IMG/VR virus record: IMGVR_UViG_3300018412_000010 | Length of the DNA stretch: 64,000 nt | Source: a virus | Reading direction: 5' to 3' (one strand) | Shown: positions 1 through 11,565 of the stretch, one piece after another | How positions within the stretch are numbered: position 1 is the first letter of the stretch | Layout: every line of letters starts with the position of its first letter | Notes under the pieces: generated by a model | Seen by the model: the letters and a program-made list of their open reading frames with translations, nothing else | What the model was told of the DNA's origin: nothing | The model's database searches: none | Position numbers and translations under genes: made by a program

Positions 1-819
1 AGTTGCAACATATATTTTATCACTAACACCGGGTGTTGGGAATGATGCTAAATTTGCATATTCCTCTAAACTATCACCAGATGATGTTGGAAGTTGTGAA
101 GTTGGAACCTTCCCGTCGCTACCTAATTCAGCAAGCCCATTAGCCACGCCTTTTAGCGTTGAATTTAATGGTGTATATCCCAATGCATCCTGCTTACCAT
201 TCCATGTGGCTTTTTCGGCATCTGTTACAAATCTGTTCGAACTATCCTGGACTATAATACTGGCTGGATGAGTAGCAGGGTGTGTATATACAGTGTCTGT
301 AAATACGGCATTTGCCGGAACGTCTGTTAATACACGTGTGCTATTAACTTTTCCATCCAATTGTACCTGCAATCCTGTTACATTTGCAACCGTATGATTA
401 TGAGAATTGTCGTTCACGCTCATAATTCCATCAGTGCTAATAGTAATATCATCACCAGCTTTAACACCGCCTAAGGAGTATGTAGTTGCTACGGGCAACG
501 TGTATGATGTTGTCCCGCCAGTACCACTTCCCGGCGCAGTATAACCGTTCTTAACTGCAATATATGCATTACCAAAATTATTATCTCTGGCATGTATAAT
601 AACTGCATCGCCAACAGTAAGCGTCGTTCCTGTTTTATTATATAAATTAGGATATATGCTGCCATCAGATGGAATAGCTACATCATAAGTAATATCTGAA
701 TGTGATGCCGCCACAACACCAAAATATGAGTATTCTATGTTTTCTGTATTAAATTCTTGTTTTGCAATTGTTCTTATTGCCCCTACAAGATCTTTTGCGT
801 CTTGTGCCGTTAAACCCAT
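1..819 (-). CDS. Tail fibre/baseplate-associated protein, 3'-truncated by window edge
   Basis: Not in ORF track. ATG at 819 with AGGAGG RBS, open to position 1. Translation contains YTLPVATTYSLGGVKAG and HPATHPASII...FVTDAEKATWNGKQ...KGVANGLAELGSDGKVPTSQLP, motifs typical of phage tail fibres. Confidence 0.7.
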   Translation of the reverse strand, partial: MGLTAQDAKDLVGAIRTIAKQEFNTENIEYSYFGVVAASHSDITYDVAIPSDGSIYPNLYNKTGTTLTVGDAVIIHARDNNFGNAYIAVKNGYTAPGSGTGGTTSYTLPVATTYSLGGVKAGDDITISTDGIMSVNDNSHNHTVANVTGLQVQLDGKVNSTRVLTDVPANAVFTDTVYTHPATHPASIIVQDSSNRFVTDAEKATWNGKQDALGYTPLNSTLKGVANGLAELGSDGKVPTSQLPTSSGDSLEEYANLASFPTPGVSDKIYVAT

Positions 820-836
820 AAATATACACCTCCTTT

Positions 837-2024
837 TTATGCACTTGGATAATATGGAAGACTGGCTACATTAGCGCACTCTATACTAATTTTACTATCT
901 ATACCTATAGGTATATTTAAAGACTTAATGATAAATCTTTGATTCTTATATCCATAAAAATTATCCGTTATTGATATACATTTATTTACATCCAAATGTA
1001 TCATATACGTAGATTCCATTGAAATTGCCAAATTTAATATACTTATTTTACTTAGCTCATAATCCGCCCTATCTTGACATAATTGATTACTTGATATATT
1101 ACTGTCTTCTATATATAGATTTCTAATACCTATCTTGCCAATTCTTGTTGGTGATTGGCCATTATTATTTTCAGAATAAGCAGAATATATCGTAACGCTA
1201 TTAACATTCGCACCAACTACAGTTACCTTGTTTTTAACGTTAGTAAAATCATAACTTGTGGTACTTGAAAGATATTCAAGCTCACCATCATCATAATTCC
1301 ATAATATCGGCTTTCTTAAATTTGATATATCTGTTATCCCACTTTGAATAACTAAATTTCCATTTTCATTATAATAAACATCACACGCAATCATATTAGC
1401 TAATTCTATTATGATTTCACCAAGATTACTATTTGCATTTTTAGTTATTGTATATGTAGTATTCACATCTTTATATATATTGTCAAATATTAATGGAACG
1501 ATATCATTTGGGTATCCATTTCCGTTGTCATCTAATAATATATCGGTAATTGCTTGCTTTATATTACTTCCATTTGGTATAGTATATGTTGCTGTAATTG
1601 TTCCACCAAGCGTTCCGTCTAACATAGCAAACTTATCATAACATTGGATGTTAATCAGTTTTTCTCCACCATTATTCGTAGCTGATGGATTTGCAACAAC
1701 AAATACACCATTTGGTTGCCAATATGTGTATCCTTCATCATTTTCAATGCCCAATTCAAGTTTAAATTTTGAATTAATCCATAATCCGCCATTATTATCA
1801 TTCGGCAACCATTTTCCGTCATCGTTCTTTAACGCAAAGTTTAAACTTCTTCTTTGACCTTGCTGATAATTTATAGAAAGGGAACCGCCACCACTAATAA
1901 TATCATCTATTATCTCTTCTTTTACAGTTTCATTTTGATTTAACAATGATAATTTAAACTTTGGTCGTATAATGCTTGCTTTTACAGTGTTTATATAATC
2001 TAATGAATTTGAATTTATTGCCAT
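837..2024 (-). CDS. Baseplate hub/tail protein (DUF5048-like)
   Basis: ORF with likely start MAINS; hub-like motifs (CYDKF, DVYYNENGNL, NKVTVVG, RADYEL); downstream of tape measure. Confidence 0.65.
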   Translation of the reverse strand: MAINSNSLDYINTVKASIIRPKFKLSLLNQNETVKEEIIDDIISGGGSLSINYQQGQRRSLNFALKNDDGKWLPNDNNGGLWINSKFKLELGIENDEGYTYWQPNGVFVVANPSATNNGGEKLINIQCYDKFAMLDGTLGGTITATYTIPNGSNIKQAITDILLDDNGNGYPNDIVPLIFDNIYKDVNTTYTITKNANSNLGEIIIELANMIACDVYYNENGNLVIQSGITDISNLRKPILWNYDDGELEYLSSTTSYDFTNVKNKVTVVGANVNSVTIYSAYSENNNGQSPTRIGKIGIRNLYIEDSNISSNQLCQDRADYELSKISILNLAISMESTYMIHLDVNKCISITDNFYGYKNQRFIIKSLNIPIGIDSKISIECANVASLPYYPSA

Positions 2025-2040
2025 ATTATCACCACGCCAT

Positions 2041-2910
2041 CTAAACATTCTTTTCTACTACAGAGATTGAATCAATACTCATTAATTCTACCCATGTAAA
2101 AGAAATCGTCGTAGGTTGTATTGCGGACACATCATCTATTTTAAATGAGTTAGAAATAATATCCACAACTCTAACGTTTCCTTTTCTATCTTTAATTAAC
2201 TTGTGATTTCCGTTCGCAACAAACGCTTCAAATCTTTTTCTTTGACTAATAGTATCAATGTAACGATATACTCCATCATCATCATATCCAACATCGCCTA
2301 TTAGACAAGAAATTCCACCAGACATATAGTTTTTTTTACCAACATTGATTTTTGGAAATTGAGATAATCCCTCATATTTATATTTATCAATATTTTGCGT
2401 AGTTTCACCCGATGTAACATTAGCGTTAAACAACCAGATATTATCTTTATCTGCATAATATAGGTTATCATCCGTATCTGATTTAATGATATCTGTGATA
2501 GACCAATTACTCCACTTTGTTTTAACTGTTGCGGATTCCATTCTCGCACCGATCGTGTTAGCGGTTTCTGGGAATATTACATACTTATAATCATTTTGAT
2601 TACTTACTAAGTAATCTGTTAACTCTGTATATTTCCCCTCTATTTTATTAATATATTTCAACGTGGAAGAACCAACGTCTTGCCTATACACTATCCAATT
2701 TGTTACACTTTCTTGTAAGGACACAATATTGCCACCGCTTATACTTGTATCATAATTGGCTAATAATAGCGTATCACCACCCCACGTTGGCTTATAATTG
2801 TTTCTTAACATATCAGCAGTTGGTTCTTCAACTGATGTTATAACATGTAAATAGTCTACTGTTTGTTCGCCATACAGTTTAATTTTTGTATATTTGGTTG
2901 GGAGCGCCAT
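2041..2910 (-). CDS. Distal tail/baseplate protein
   Basis: 289 aa; KLIKDRKG...ISFTWVE C-terminus seen in tail proteins; synteny. Confidence 0.55.
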   Translation of the reverse strand: MALPTKYTKIKLYGEQTVDYLHVITSVEEPTADMLRNNYKPTWGGDTLLLANYDTSISGGNIVSLQESVTNWIVYRQDVGSSTLKYINKIEGKYTELTDYLVSNQNDYKYVIFPETANTIGARMESATVKTKWSNWSITDIIKSDTDDNLYYADKDNIWLFNANVTSGETTQNIDKYKYEGLSQFPKINVGKKNYMSGGISCLIGDVGYDDDGVYRYIDTISQRKRFEAFVANGNHKLIKDRKGNVRVVDIISNSFKIDDVSAIQPTTISFTWVELMSIDSISVVEKNV

Positions 2911-2921
2911 TTAATCACCTC

Positions 2922-4361
2922 TTAATTCTGCGCTATTGCGGTTAATAATATTTTATCTGGCAATAAAGTAACTTTAAACCAATATGTGTCTAATGTTGTT
3001 GTGGAGGATTCATAGTAGTATAATGCATCATCCCAACTTGCCGTATCTTCCCACCTATAATGATAGTTAGAATTATAAGACGCCACTGATGTCAACAGCC
3101 ATTGCTCTATAACATTCACTGCAAATACCGAGCCTGTTATTTCACCATTAATATCATAGTTAAAATAGCTATTACTATATGACACTCTATAATAATCACC
3201 ATTATCTTCATCCGTTAATTCTATAATTGTCCCCTGAAACGCCTGATTAAGTTTACAATAAAAATATACCGTTGATTTATATGGTATATCAATAGTTTCT
3301 GTCGACGTAGCTGGTATATATGACAATGTGCATTTATCTCTAATTTTGACAGAGCCCGCGCCAGTATATGGAACATTTGGAAGCAAATCATAATACGGCG
3401 CCGAAACAGTTGTTGATGTAGCAACACCGGAATTAATAAATGGCTGTGCCCAGCTTACTTTTACAGCGTTTTTAGCACAAACATTTTCTGTTGATGGGAT
3501 AGTTACAAAAGATGGTTCCAAATAATCAACATTAAAAGAAAGTTTATCCGTTTGTGAGATTACACCGTCTTGATTTTCAACAATTAATTGTATCTTATAT
3601 GTAGTATTATCTACCAAACCATCAAAAGTATATTTAATTAATCCTGTACTTATATTGCTGGACTGCTCTACTATTTTATCGCTTGAATCATATAATATAA
3701 ATTTAAAATTTTTCCACGCTACATTATCAATTTGTGTATAACTTCCCTCGAATGAGTATGCTCTACTTGCTACAGTGGTTGGGATATTTGTAATACTAAC
3801 AACCGGTGTTTTTCTTGCCCTAAAATAATAATCACTACTTGTAAGATTGTCTGAATATATATTATATGGAACATTTGAAGATGGTGCGGATGATAATGCA
3901 ACTGACAACGTGGCAACACCTGTCGTTGAACTAAAGGAAGAAATTAATCTTGTTTGACCATTAATTTTTATATACATTCCGCTTTTAACATTATAATGTT
4001 TTCTTAAATATAATGTTGTTGTCGTACTCGCTGTAGTGCTCTGTATAACACCAGAAACGACCCACATACTTGGATTGCTTTCGTATAAAGTTAGATTCCA
4101 TGTATAATCATTTCCATTAACCATCTGTGAAGTTGATGACGGTATTGATATGTTAAGTTTGTCGCCATTATATAAAGCAGAGGATAATGTTGTTTTAGCA
4201 TAAGTATGCGACATTCCTGTGCCATTTATTTCCAATGAGTATGCGATTACAGAAGTTCCGCCTTCTGAATTAATTATACATGAAAATGTATTATCAACTG
4301 TTGCATCTATATCTGTTAAATATGGCAACATGTACGATGACTCGAATAAAATAACAATCAC
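2922..4361 (-). CDS. Tail protein with FN3/Ig-like beta domains
   Basis: Ser/Thr-rich beta protein with FN3-like YTFDGLVDNTTYKIQL segment; immediately after tape measure. Confidence 0.6.
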   Translation of the reverse strand: MIVILFESSYMLPYLTDIDATVDNTFSCIINSEGGTSVIAYSLEINGTGMSHTYAKTTLSSALYNGDKLNISIPSSTSQMVNGNDYTWNLTLYESNPSMWVVSGVIQSTTASTTTTLYLRKHYNVKSGMYIKINGQTRLISSFSSTTGVATLSVALSSAPSSNVPYNIYSDNLTSSDYYFRARKTPVVSITNIPTTVASRAYSFEGSYTQIDNVAWKNFKFILYDSSDKIVEQSSNISTGLIKYTFDGLVDNTTYKIQLIVENQDGVISQTDKLSFNVDYLEPSFVTIPSTENVCAKNAVKVSWAQPFINSGVATSTTVSAPYYDLLPNVPYTGAGSVKIRDKCTLSYIPATSTETIDIPYKSTVYFYCKLNQAFQGTIIELTDEDNGDYYRVSYSNSYFNYDINGEITGSVFAVNVIEQWLLTSVASYNSNYHYRWEDTASWDDALYYYESSTTTLDTYWFKVTLLPDKILLTAIAQN

Positions 4362-4440
4362 CTCCTATTTTTATTCTTTAATAAATGGTTTGATAAATCT
4401 ATTTTGCAAAACCTATCAAGCCATTTATATTTAATGAAAA

Positions 4441-7400
4441 TTACTGCTTTCCAGTAATAGCTGAAATATTCCTTATTTGCTTTATAAAATCATTGGAATT
4501 TTCTGGATATACGTTCATATTCTGAATTACAACATCATTGCTTGAACTAACATTCGATGTGCTCGACGTTGCAGCAGTCGATATCTTTGGAATAACATAA
4601 TTTAACATCGAATCAGCTATATAGTTAGACAAATTCGATGTATTGTGAATTAAGTCGTATAATTTTTTACTATCAGATGCGTTAAAAATAATTTCCGATG
4701 AACTTGATGTTCCATCAAGCTGTGCCAATCCAGTAAAATCAGCAACGCCACCGTTAGCATATTTATTCGTGCTAGTATAATTACCACCACTTCCACCTGT
4801 TATAGTATAATCACCACCACTGGTGTGAACAACTGTTCCAGATGATAATCCTGTTGTTGTAACTTTTCCAGAACTATTTATAGATACGCCAACTGTCCCC
4901 ACACCCGGTATCGTAGCCGTTGCATTATTAGAAGAACTTGACGAAGAACTTTTTGAAGAACTTGTTGATGTTGATGTGCTACTACTTCCAGTTGAAGTGG
5001 CGTTAGCGGCAGCTATTCTGCTCATTAAAGCTTCATAGCTTTCTGTAAAACTTTGTAGCGTTGACAATCTTCCATCAAGAACTTTTTTCTCGTAATCCGC
5101 ACCTAAAGTTTGTTGTGCATTTAACTCATTCTGCTTATCTTCATATGAACTAACAGAATCTGCCCATGCAGTCTTATATTCTTCGTATGCAGATATCTGT
5201 TCTTCTATATTTGCTATTTCTTCATCAGTAGCAGTATCAATAGCGTCACCCTTTTTTTCTAATTCGTCTATTTCTGCTTCTATAGCTGAAATTTTTTGAT
5301 TATGCTGAAACTCATCTAATGCTGTCTGCGCATCTTTTATTGCAGAATCACTTGCTACCCATTCCCAACCTCTTTCGGCAGAATATTGTCGAATATTCTT
5401 TTCTGATTTTGCATTGGCTAAATTAGTTTGAAGCGTTTCAAGTTCAATAGCAGTCTCCGTTGCATCATTAGCAGCTTCTAACGCATCCTTCTTATCTTCT
5501 AATGCATCTATTTGTGATTGTAGTGCGTCTTTTTGTGCAGTTGCATTTTTTTCAATCGCATCTTTTTCATCATTTAATAAATCTATAGCATCTTCTAATT
5601 TTTTATTTATAGCCTCTAAAGCGGAATCATATTTCGTCTTCTCTGTTTCTAATAGTTCTTTATTTAAATCAGCGATTGATTGCTTTGTAGACTCTATAGC
5701 ATCTTGAACACTATATATTTCAGATAAGTTATCAGTCCAAGCTTGTTTTGCAGCTTGAATACCGTCATGAACTTTCTTTAATGACTCATATTCTTTCTTT
5801 GAAGCCTCATCTGTTTTACCAGCAAAAGTATTCAATAAATTTATATAAGCAAGTGTATCTTCGCCGTTAGCGTCGAACCATTTTGTCGTATCATACTTTG
5901 TTGTCGCCCTTAATCTATCAGCTTCTGCTGAAATGTTCTGATTAGCTGACAATAAATCCGATACCGTCTTTTCTTGATTTGCCAATAACGCATTAGACAA
6001 TTCTATTTCTTTGTTATAATCTTTTGCAGCTTTAGCTATTTTTATCTGTCTTTCAAGACTGTCGGATTGAACCTTATCTATTTCTACTTGTGTATTATAT
6101 GACTTTATTAAAGAATTGGTGGTATCAGTATAATCTATAGCAGAAGGTGTAGAAGATGACTTCGCACTTCCACCAGAAGAACTTATAGTATCTGGTGTGG
6201 TGGCATTAGAGCCACTACCAATTTTGTCTAATTCTGCGGATAGTGCTTTTAAATTAGCCAATCTGGATTCCGCATCATTTAATAAAGTATTATCAGTTAT
6301 ACCTGGGTCTTTGCCGGTCTTACTCTTAATATAGTCGCCCATTGCACCAGGCATCCCTGCTTTTATATTAGCAATATTTTGCTGTGCAGTTTCGGAAAGT
6401 GCGGCACCTTCCAACGTATATGCTTTCATACGTTGTTTAGCCTGTTCAATTACATTTTCTGTTAATTTAATCTGTGCTTCTATTTGCGTCTGAACTGAAT
6501 TTTTAGAAGACGTTGCCACATTATTTAATGCATCTATTTCAACATACCATTCATCAGAGGCACCAGATACGGCGCTACTTAAATCTGGATATATCTTAAC
6601 TAACTTTTCTACTTCTGCTCGAGTTAATGCTTGCCCATTATTCATTTTAGTCATGGTTCCGACTAACATGTTTTGAATATTATCTGCGTCTTTAACTATG
6701 GTGTTATAATCGCCATATAATCCAAGTTGCTTTTCCAAATTGGTTACATATTCTTGCATTTGTGGTGATAATATCTTACCACTTTCAATCAATGGTTGTA
6801 ATGCTTTATACTCTTCCATTAAGGCATCTTTTGATGTAGCCATTTGATTGTTTAGTTTTTCTAATTTTAATATCTTGTCATCTTCGTCTGCGGTGCCCCT
6901 AGCATTTTTTAACTCATCTTCTGCTTTTGCGACATCATCAACTAATTCTTTATATTTTTCTAGTTTTTTATTTGATTCATCAAGTTTTGTTGATTCTGTA
7001 GGCCCGTATTTATTAGCCATACTTCCAGCATTACTGGTTCCAGTATAACTATCTTCAATCATATTTGCTTGTGTTTCTTTTTCAACTTCAAGTAATTCTT
7101 TTTTAATTTGTAATTCTTTGTCTAAAATATCTAGTCTTTTTTTCTCATCTTCGGTTAATAATGATTTATTTTTCAATTCATCATATTCCGACTGAAGTGA
7201 GTTTATAGCCGATGCAGTTGAAGCCACCTTATCTGCCTGCTCATCCAATGAAACAGTTAAAGCGTCTACTGCTTTTACTATTGCATAAATGCCCACCACG
7301 GCAACTGCGCCAATAAATAATGGTGATTCCATCATAGCTACTGTTGCTATTGCAAGTGTATTCTTAAACCCAATTAGCGCCGTTCCCATTTTCATTACGG

Positions 7401-9435
7401 AAACCATACTAACAATAGCAGAGCTGGACATTTTAACCAATATACCAGCAAATACTTTACCGGCCACCGCACCAGCCATAAATAATAATGCGATTCTACC
7501 AAGTCCACTATTTACTATTGCATCAAATACATGAACTAAACCGGTTCCTAAGTCTATTAATTGTTTAAAATTATCAGAATTAAATGAGTTCTGCCATAAT
7601 TGTTCCAATGCCGCCGCAAATGAATCAACATGTGCTTGAGCAGATTCTTGATAAATGGCAAATTTTTGTGCTGTTTGACCAGCAGAATTCATTGCATTAT
7701 CATAATTCTTTAATGAATCATCATAATTATTCATCAACGTGATAAATCTATTACGCTGATAAGTTCCAGCCATAGTTGTTGCTATATATGCTTTTTCATT
7801 TTTGGTTAAAGTTCCCCACTTCGCGCCAACTTCATCCATTACTTCATTAAGATCTCGTAATTGACCATCTACTGTTGGACTTATGCCAATTGAAGATAAT
7901 GCCTTTGTTACGTCATTTATCTGTGTAGCATCTTCCTCGTTAAATCCCTTTTCTTTTATGGATTCATATCTGGAAATAATACTGTTTAAAGACCTACCGA
8001 TAACTGCAGCGCTTTCTCTTGATACGCTGGATATTGTAGCCAACCAACTTGAAGTCTTCTCTAATGATAAATTACTATTATCAGAAGCAGAAGCAACTCT
8101 TTGTAACGCTTCACCAATTTCATCTGCACCTGATGCGGTTGTATCACCGAGGTAAGCAAATATATCTGTAATGTTTTCAACAGACCTTCCGGTTGCGTTT
8201 GCAGTAGCAGTTATTATTTGATTACTTTCTTTTAACGAAATAGAAGAAATTTTAGCATATTCTACAATACCCTTCATTCGTTCTTCTACGTCATCATCTC
8301 CAAGACCCTGTCTATATAAGTCTGCGGCAGTTCCAGCTAACTCAGAAGTTGTAACGCTCATCTGTTGTGCTAATTTATTGTAAGATGAAGCCAATGTGTC
8401 AACTTGGTCTTTAGTCTTGCCGGTTACAATCTGAACCTCGTTCATTGCATTATCGAGTTCCATGATATAATCTATACCATCTCTAAATGCATTAATTGGT
8501 TTCATTACAAGATTACCAATAAGTATCCATTCTGCGAACTTCTTAGCTACATCTACTATGCTTTGCTTAGTATGATCAGTCTCGTCCCTCAATGTCCGCA
8601 TACTTGATGCGGCTTTTTTAGTGGAATCAGACATTGTTGATATTTGAGGATTTAATCTATATATCTTACCCTCTACATCACCCAATGTTTTTGACGCCAA
8701 AGAACTTTGATTAAATAAGTTTTGAAATACAGACGCAGATGCCTGTGCCGATTTTCCAAAATAATTATTATTGGTAGACGCCATTGATTGCGCAACCGTC
8801 TTAGCCTTTTCCGCTTGAAGAAGTTTCTCATTTGCTATCCGTTGTTTTGCCGCCAAGTTATCTGCCGCAATTTCTTTATTTATAGCTTGTAAATTAGTGC
8901 TATGACTTAACTGCACTTCACTGGTAAGCTGTGCTATTCTTTGCTGATATTCGGCTATTTTAGATGGTATTGTTTGCAATGATTGAAAATTTCCACCAGA
9001 ACTTAATTCCTTTTGTAAACTTTGAATACCACTTAAATCACCATATGAATATTTTGATGATAGCTTGGATAGTTGTGCCGCCGCCTGCTTTGTATATTCC
9101 TGCCCTTGCTTCCTTAATGAATTTAATTGCTTTTGCTGTGCAATCTCTTCGTTATTATTTGTTTTTAATTTCTCGTGTAAGGTTACAAGTTCACCAGTTT
9201 CTTTATTTATAGCACTTATTATTGTATACTGTTGCTTCCATTGATCTGTGAATGTTGCTATAATCCTACTTGATTTACTAACAGAATCATAAACTTGCTG
9301 TATACTGGTTTTGTCAAACTTCATCTTTACGGAAGATAATTTACTTTCTATTTGTTTTATTTGTGAATTTATACCCGTAGTAGATGATGCTTGGTCAAGA
9401 AGCGCCCGTATCCTTATATTAATATCATTCGCCAT
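4441..9435 (-). CDS. Tail tape measure protein
   Basis: 1664 aa; TP901-type core (ELDNAMNEVQIVT...ADEIGEALQRVAS), hydrophobic segment, long coiled coils. Confidence 0.92.
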   Translation of the reverse strand: MANDINIRIRALLDQASSTTGINSQIKQIESKLSSVKMKFDKTSIQQVYDSVSKSSRIIATFTDQWKQQYTIISAINKETGELVTLHEKLKTNNNEEIAQQKQLNSLRKQGQEYTKQAAAQLSKLSSKYSYGDLSGIQSLQKELSSGGNFQSLQTIPSKIAEYQQRIAQLTSEVQLSHSTNLQAINKEIAADNLAAKQRIANEKLLQAEKAKTVAQSMASTNNNYFGKSAQASASVFQNLFNQSSLASKTLGDVEGKIYRLNPQISTMSDSTKKAASSMRTLRDETDHTKQSIVDVAKKFAEWILIGNLVMKPINAFRDGIDYIMELDNAMNEVQIVTGKTKDQVDTLASSYNKLAQQMSVTTSELAGTAADLYRQGLGDDDVEERMKGIVEYAKISSISLKESNQIITATANATGRSVENITDIFAYLGDTTASGADEIGEALQRVASASDNSNLSLEKTSSWLATISSVSRESAAVIGRSLNSIISRYESIKEKGFNEEDATQINDVTKALSSIGISPTVDGQLRDLNEVMDEVGAKWGTLTKNEKAYIATTMAGTYQRNRFITLMNNYDDSLKNYDNAMNSAGQTAQKFAIYQESAQAHVDSFAAALEQLWQNSFNSDNFKQLIDLGTGLVHVFDAIVNSGLGRIALLFMAGAVAGKVFAGILVKMSSSAIVSMVSVMKMGTALIGFKNTLAIATVAMMESPLFIGAVAVVGIYAIVKAVDALTVSLDEQADKVASTASAINSLQSEYDELKNKSLLTEDEKKRLDILDKELQIKKELLEVEKETQANMIEDSYTGTSNAGSMANKYGPTESTKLDESNKKLEKYKELVDDVAKAEDELKNARGTADEDDKILKLEKLNNQMATSKDALMEEYKALQPLIESGKILSPQMQEYVTNLEKQLGLYGDYNTIVKDADNIQNMLVGTMTKMNNGQALTRAEVEKLVKIYPDLSSAVSGASDEWYVEIDALNNVATSSKNSVQTQIEAQIKLTENVIEQAKQRMKAYTLEGAALSETAQQNIANIKAGMPGAMGDYIKSKTGKDPGITDNTLLNDAESRLANLKALSAELDKIGSGSNATTPDTISSSGGSAKSSSTPSAIDYTDTTNSLIKSYNTQVEIDKVQSDSLERQIKIAKAAKDYNKEIELSNALLANQEKTVSDLLSANQNISAEADRLRATTKYDTTKWFDANGEDTLAYINLLNTFAGKTDEASKKEYESLKKVHDGIQAAKQAWTDNLSEIYSVQDAIESTKQSIADLNKELLETEKTKYDSALEAINKKLEDAIDLLNDEKDAIEKNATAQKDALQSQIDALEDKKDALEAANDATETAIELETLQTNLANAKSEKNIRQYSAERGWEWVASDSAIKDAQTALDEFQHNQKISAIEAEIDELEKKGDAIDTATDEEIANIEEQISAYEEYKTAWADSVSSYEDKQNELNAQQTLGADYEKKVLDGRLSTLQSFTESYEALMSRIAAANATSTGSSSTSTSTSSSKSSSSSSSNNATATIPGVGTVGVSINSSGKVTTTGLSSGTVVHTSGGDYTITGGSGGNYTSTNKYANGGVADFTGLAQLDGTSSSSEIIFNASDSKKLYDLIHNTSNLSNYIADSMLNYVIPKISTAATSSTSNVSSSNDVVIQNMNVYPENSNDFIKQIRNISAITGKQ

Positions 9436-9466
9436 AATTACCCTCCTTTATATGCAACGAACGCAT

Positions 9467-9973
9467 TTAACTTATGACGCCCTTGCCTAATATTTTTTCA
9501 AGCCCTTTCTTCATAGACTCTTTAGCCAACCCAGAATTTAACTTTTCAGTTGCATCATCCATAAATCTACGTGGTTCACTATATGGTGTTGACTGCGTCC
9601 CCCAACCATATTCAATATTATAGGCAAGTGATTTACTCATATCTATTTCACCGGTCTCTATTTCTCCGTCCTCGCCATCTGGTGAATATGTTCCATCTGT
9701 ATTTTCTGGATTGAATGGTGCGTCATCTGTCATAATAAGTTCATTATTTCCATTCATGGCTCCGTTGATTTGTGTAATATCACCAAGTCCCTTATTCATA
9801 TCTCTACGTCTCCAGTATGTATCTGGATTATATGCATCATAAACTATATTTTCAACAGATTCTTGTATCTGTTCTTTGGCGGTGACTGAAACATTCTCCT
9901 TTAATGCCTGAGGTATTGCAACATTTTGTATATATTGCAATGCAGCCTCAATTGATTTAAAATCCTTGCCCAT
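9467..9973 (-). CDS. Putative tail completion protein (HK97 gp10-like)
   Basis: VYDAYNP..Y.RR and IEYG...PRRFM motifs; position upstream of tape measure. Confidence 0.5.
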   Translation of the reverse strand: MGKDFKSIEAALQYIQNVAIPQALKENVSVTAKEQIQESVENIVYDAYNPDTYWRRRDMNKGLGDITQINGAMNGNNELIMTDDAPFNPENTDGTYSPDGEDGEIETGEIDMSKSLAYNIEYGWGTQSTPYSEPRRFMDDATEKLNSGLAKESMKKGLEKILGKGVIS

Positions 9974-9978
9974 AATTA

Positions 9979-10431
9979 TTATTCCTGTTCGATATTTTCT
10001 AATTCGCTTACAGATTCTTCATCTATGTCTTTCATAGTCTCATTAATATTATTCGTATATTCAACTATTTTTTTATTTAAAATCACAAGCTCTTCTTCGT
10101 CAAAACTATTATTTATCTGTTCTAAATACCCTAAATCAAATAATATTTCCATTAATCTATATTGTGATTCAAGATCATCTGGAAATTCTATATCTGTAAA
10201 ATATTTCAATGTTAATACAGACATATATGTTATTGTATTGAACTCAATATCATTTTTCTTTGCATATGAATATTTATCAATAAATTCAAGAACCAAATCT
10301 TTAATTTTTGAATTTCTAAAATGTTCATCAATGTTAACTTCATATTTATCAACTATAATTTTTCTTGTTGTAAACTTTTTACTCTCTTGAGTTTTAAGAT
10401 TACCTAAACTAATTTTATTATTCTTTGCCAT
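9979..10431 (-). CDS. Hypothetical protein (possible tail assembly chaperone)
   Basis: 150 aa acidic helical ORF with RBS in tail module. Confidence 0.45.
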   Translation of the reverse strand: MAKNNKISLGNLKTQESKKFTTRKIIVDKYEVNIDEHFRNSKIKDLVLEFIDKYSYAKKNDIEFNTITYMSVLTLKYFTDIEFPDDLESQYRLMEILFDLGYLEQINNSFDEEELVILNKKIVEYTNNINETMKDIDEESVSELENIEQE

Positions 10432-10458
10432 AATATTTTACCTCATATTCATCTAAAT

Positions 10459-11460
10459 TTAATTAATTTTAATATTAAAGAAGTTTTCAAGTTCCTGCGT
10501 GGATTTATCCTGTAAATAAGAACTTGTAGTCTCTATACTTTCGTGATTAGCTATTGTTTTTAATTTCTCGATTGGAACATTAGCAATACCCAATTCTTTG
10601 CACACCCAATGTGTTCCTGTTGACATATTTTCAAGTGCAGAATGTCTAAAACTATGAACGTTTATATTATATTCTTCACCACAAACTTCATATATGTCTT
10701 TTCTCCACTTAATAACCCAATCATATAATAATTCCTTCTTCGCTGGCATCTTGCTTGAAGAAAGCCACATAGCCGGAATATCGTCTTCTCCTCTTTGTTT
10801 TAGATATAAATTTGCACATCTAATTGTCTGCGAGAAAAATATTAAAGGGAACTTCTTACCCCTTTTCCCGATTACTTCATTTGTTGCGTTTACACCTTTT
10901 TTCATAAAAGGCGCCTTTAATACCTGTGCCAATTCAGCTTTTCTTCCCGCACTTTCGTATGCCAAACATAACAGCGCCGCCTCTTGATACCTCTCTTCTT
11001 TTATGAATTTTTCTCTCAAGGATTCCAATACGTCATTTGGAACAAATACAATATCACGAACAGCTTCTTTGGTTAATCCTTTTATTTTCTTAGCAACGTT
11101 ATTAGTATAATCTCTGTAATTTTCGTCATCATCTTCAACGAAATCTAATAAACTTCTCATTGCCGACATAAGTCTGTTGTTCCTGGCACTACTAACACAT
11201 AAATCATGCTGAAACCATAGTGTCAAATTTCTAAAATCACGTTTATTCATCTTTAACATTGATTTATTATCACAATTTTTAAGTATCCATATAAGAATAA
11301 TTCTTATATCATTTTTATACTGGGATATTGTTCCCTCTTTCTTTCCCTGTGATTTTTTTTCTAATAAAAAATCTTCCATTACAAGTTTATTTTCACTATC
11401 GACCTTTTCCCAGTCCTCTTTATTAAATATTTTGTTGTATACCGCCATAATTTCGTACAC
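10459..11460 (-). CDS. Tyrosine recombinase/integrase family protein
   Basis: Catalytic residues R (SAGRKAEL), K (GKRGK), HxxR (HSFRH), H (ANHES), Y (TTSSY); N-terminal SAM-like domain. Confidence 0.9.
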   Translation of the reverse strand: MYEIMAVYNKIFNKEDWEKVDSENKLVMEDFLLEKKSQGKKEGTISQYKNDIRIILIWILKNCDNKSMLKMNKRDFRNLTLWFQHDLCVSSARNNRLMSAMRSLLDFVEDDDENYRDYTNNVAKKIKGLTKEAVRDIVFVPNDVLESLREKFIKEERYQEAALLCLAYESAGRKAELAQVLKAPFMKKGVNATNEVIGKRGKKFPLIFFSQTIRCANLYLKQRGEDDIPAMWLSSSKMPAKKELLYDWVIKWRKDIYEVCGEEYNINVHSFRHSALENMSTGTHWVCKELGIANVPIEKLKTIANHESIETTSSYLQDKSTQELENFFNIKIN

Positions 11461-11543
11461 CTTTCATACAATTATTACAAATTTATTACAAAAAAACAGA
11501 CAAATAAAATTATTTTTGTCTCTTTTCTAATTTTCAATTTTAG

Positions 11544-11565
11544 AAACGTTGAAATTTCAACGTTT
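11544..11565. repeat. Perfect 22-bp palindrome AAACGTTGAAATTTCAACGTTT
   Basis: Read directly; intergenic, upstream of the recombinase gene. Confidence 0.85.

Noticed and set aside
1-4361. Diversity-generating retroelement acting on tail genes
   Set aside because: No reverse transcriptase and no template/variable repeat pair seen in the window.
10459-11460. Prophage boundary/att site at the recombinase
   Set aside because: Phage structural genes continue on both sides and no host genes appear in the window.
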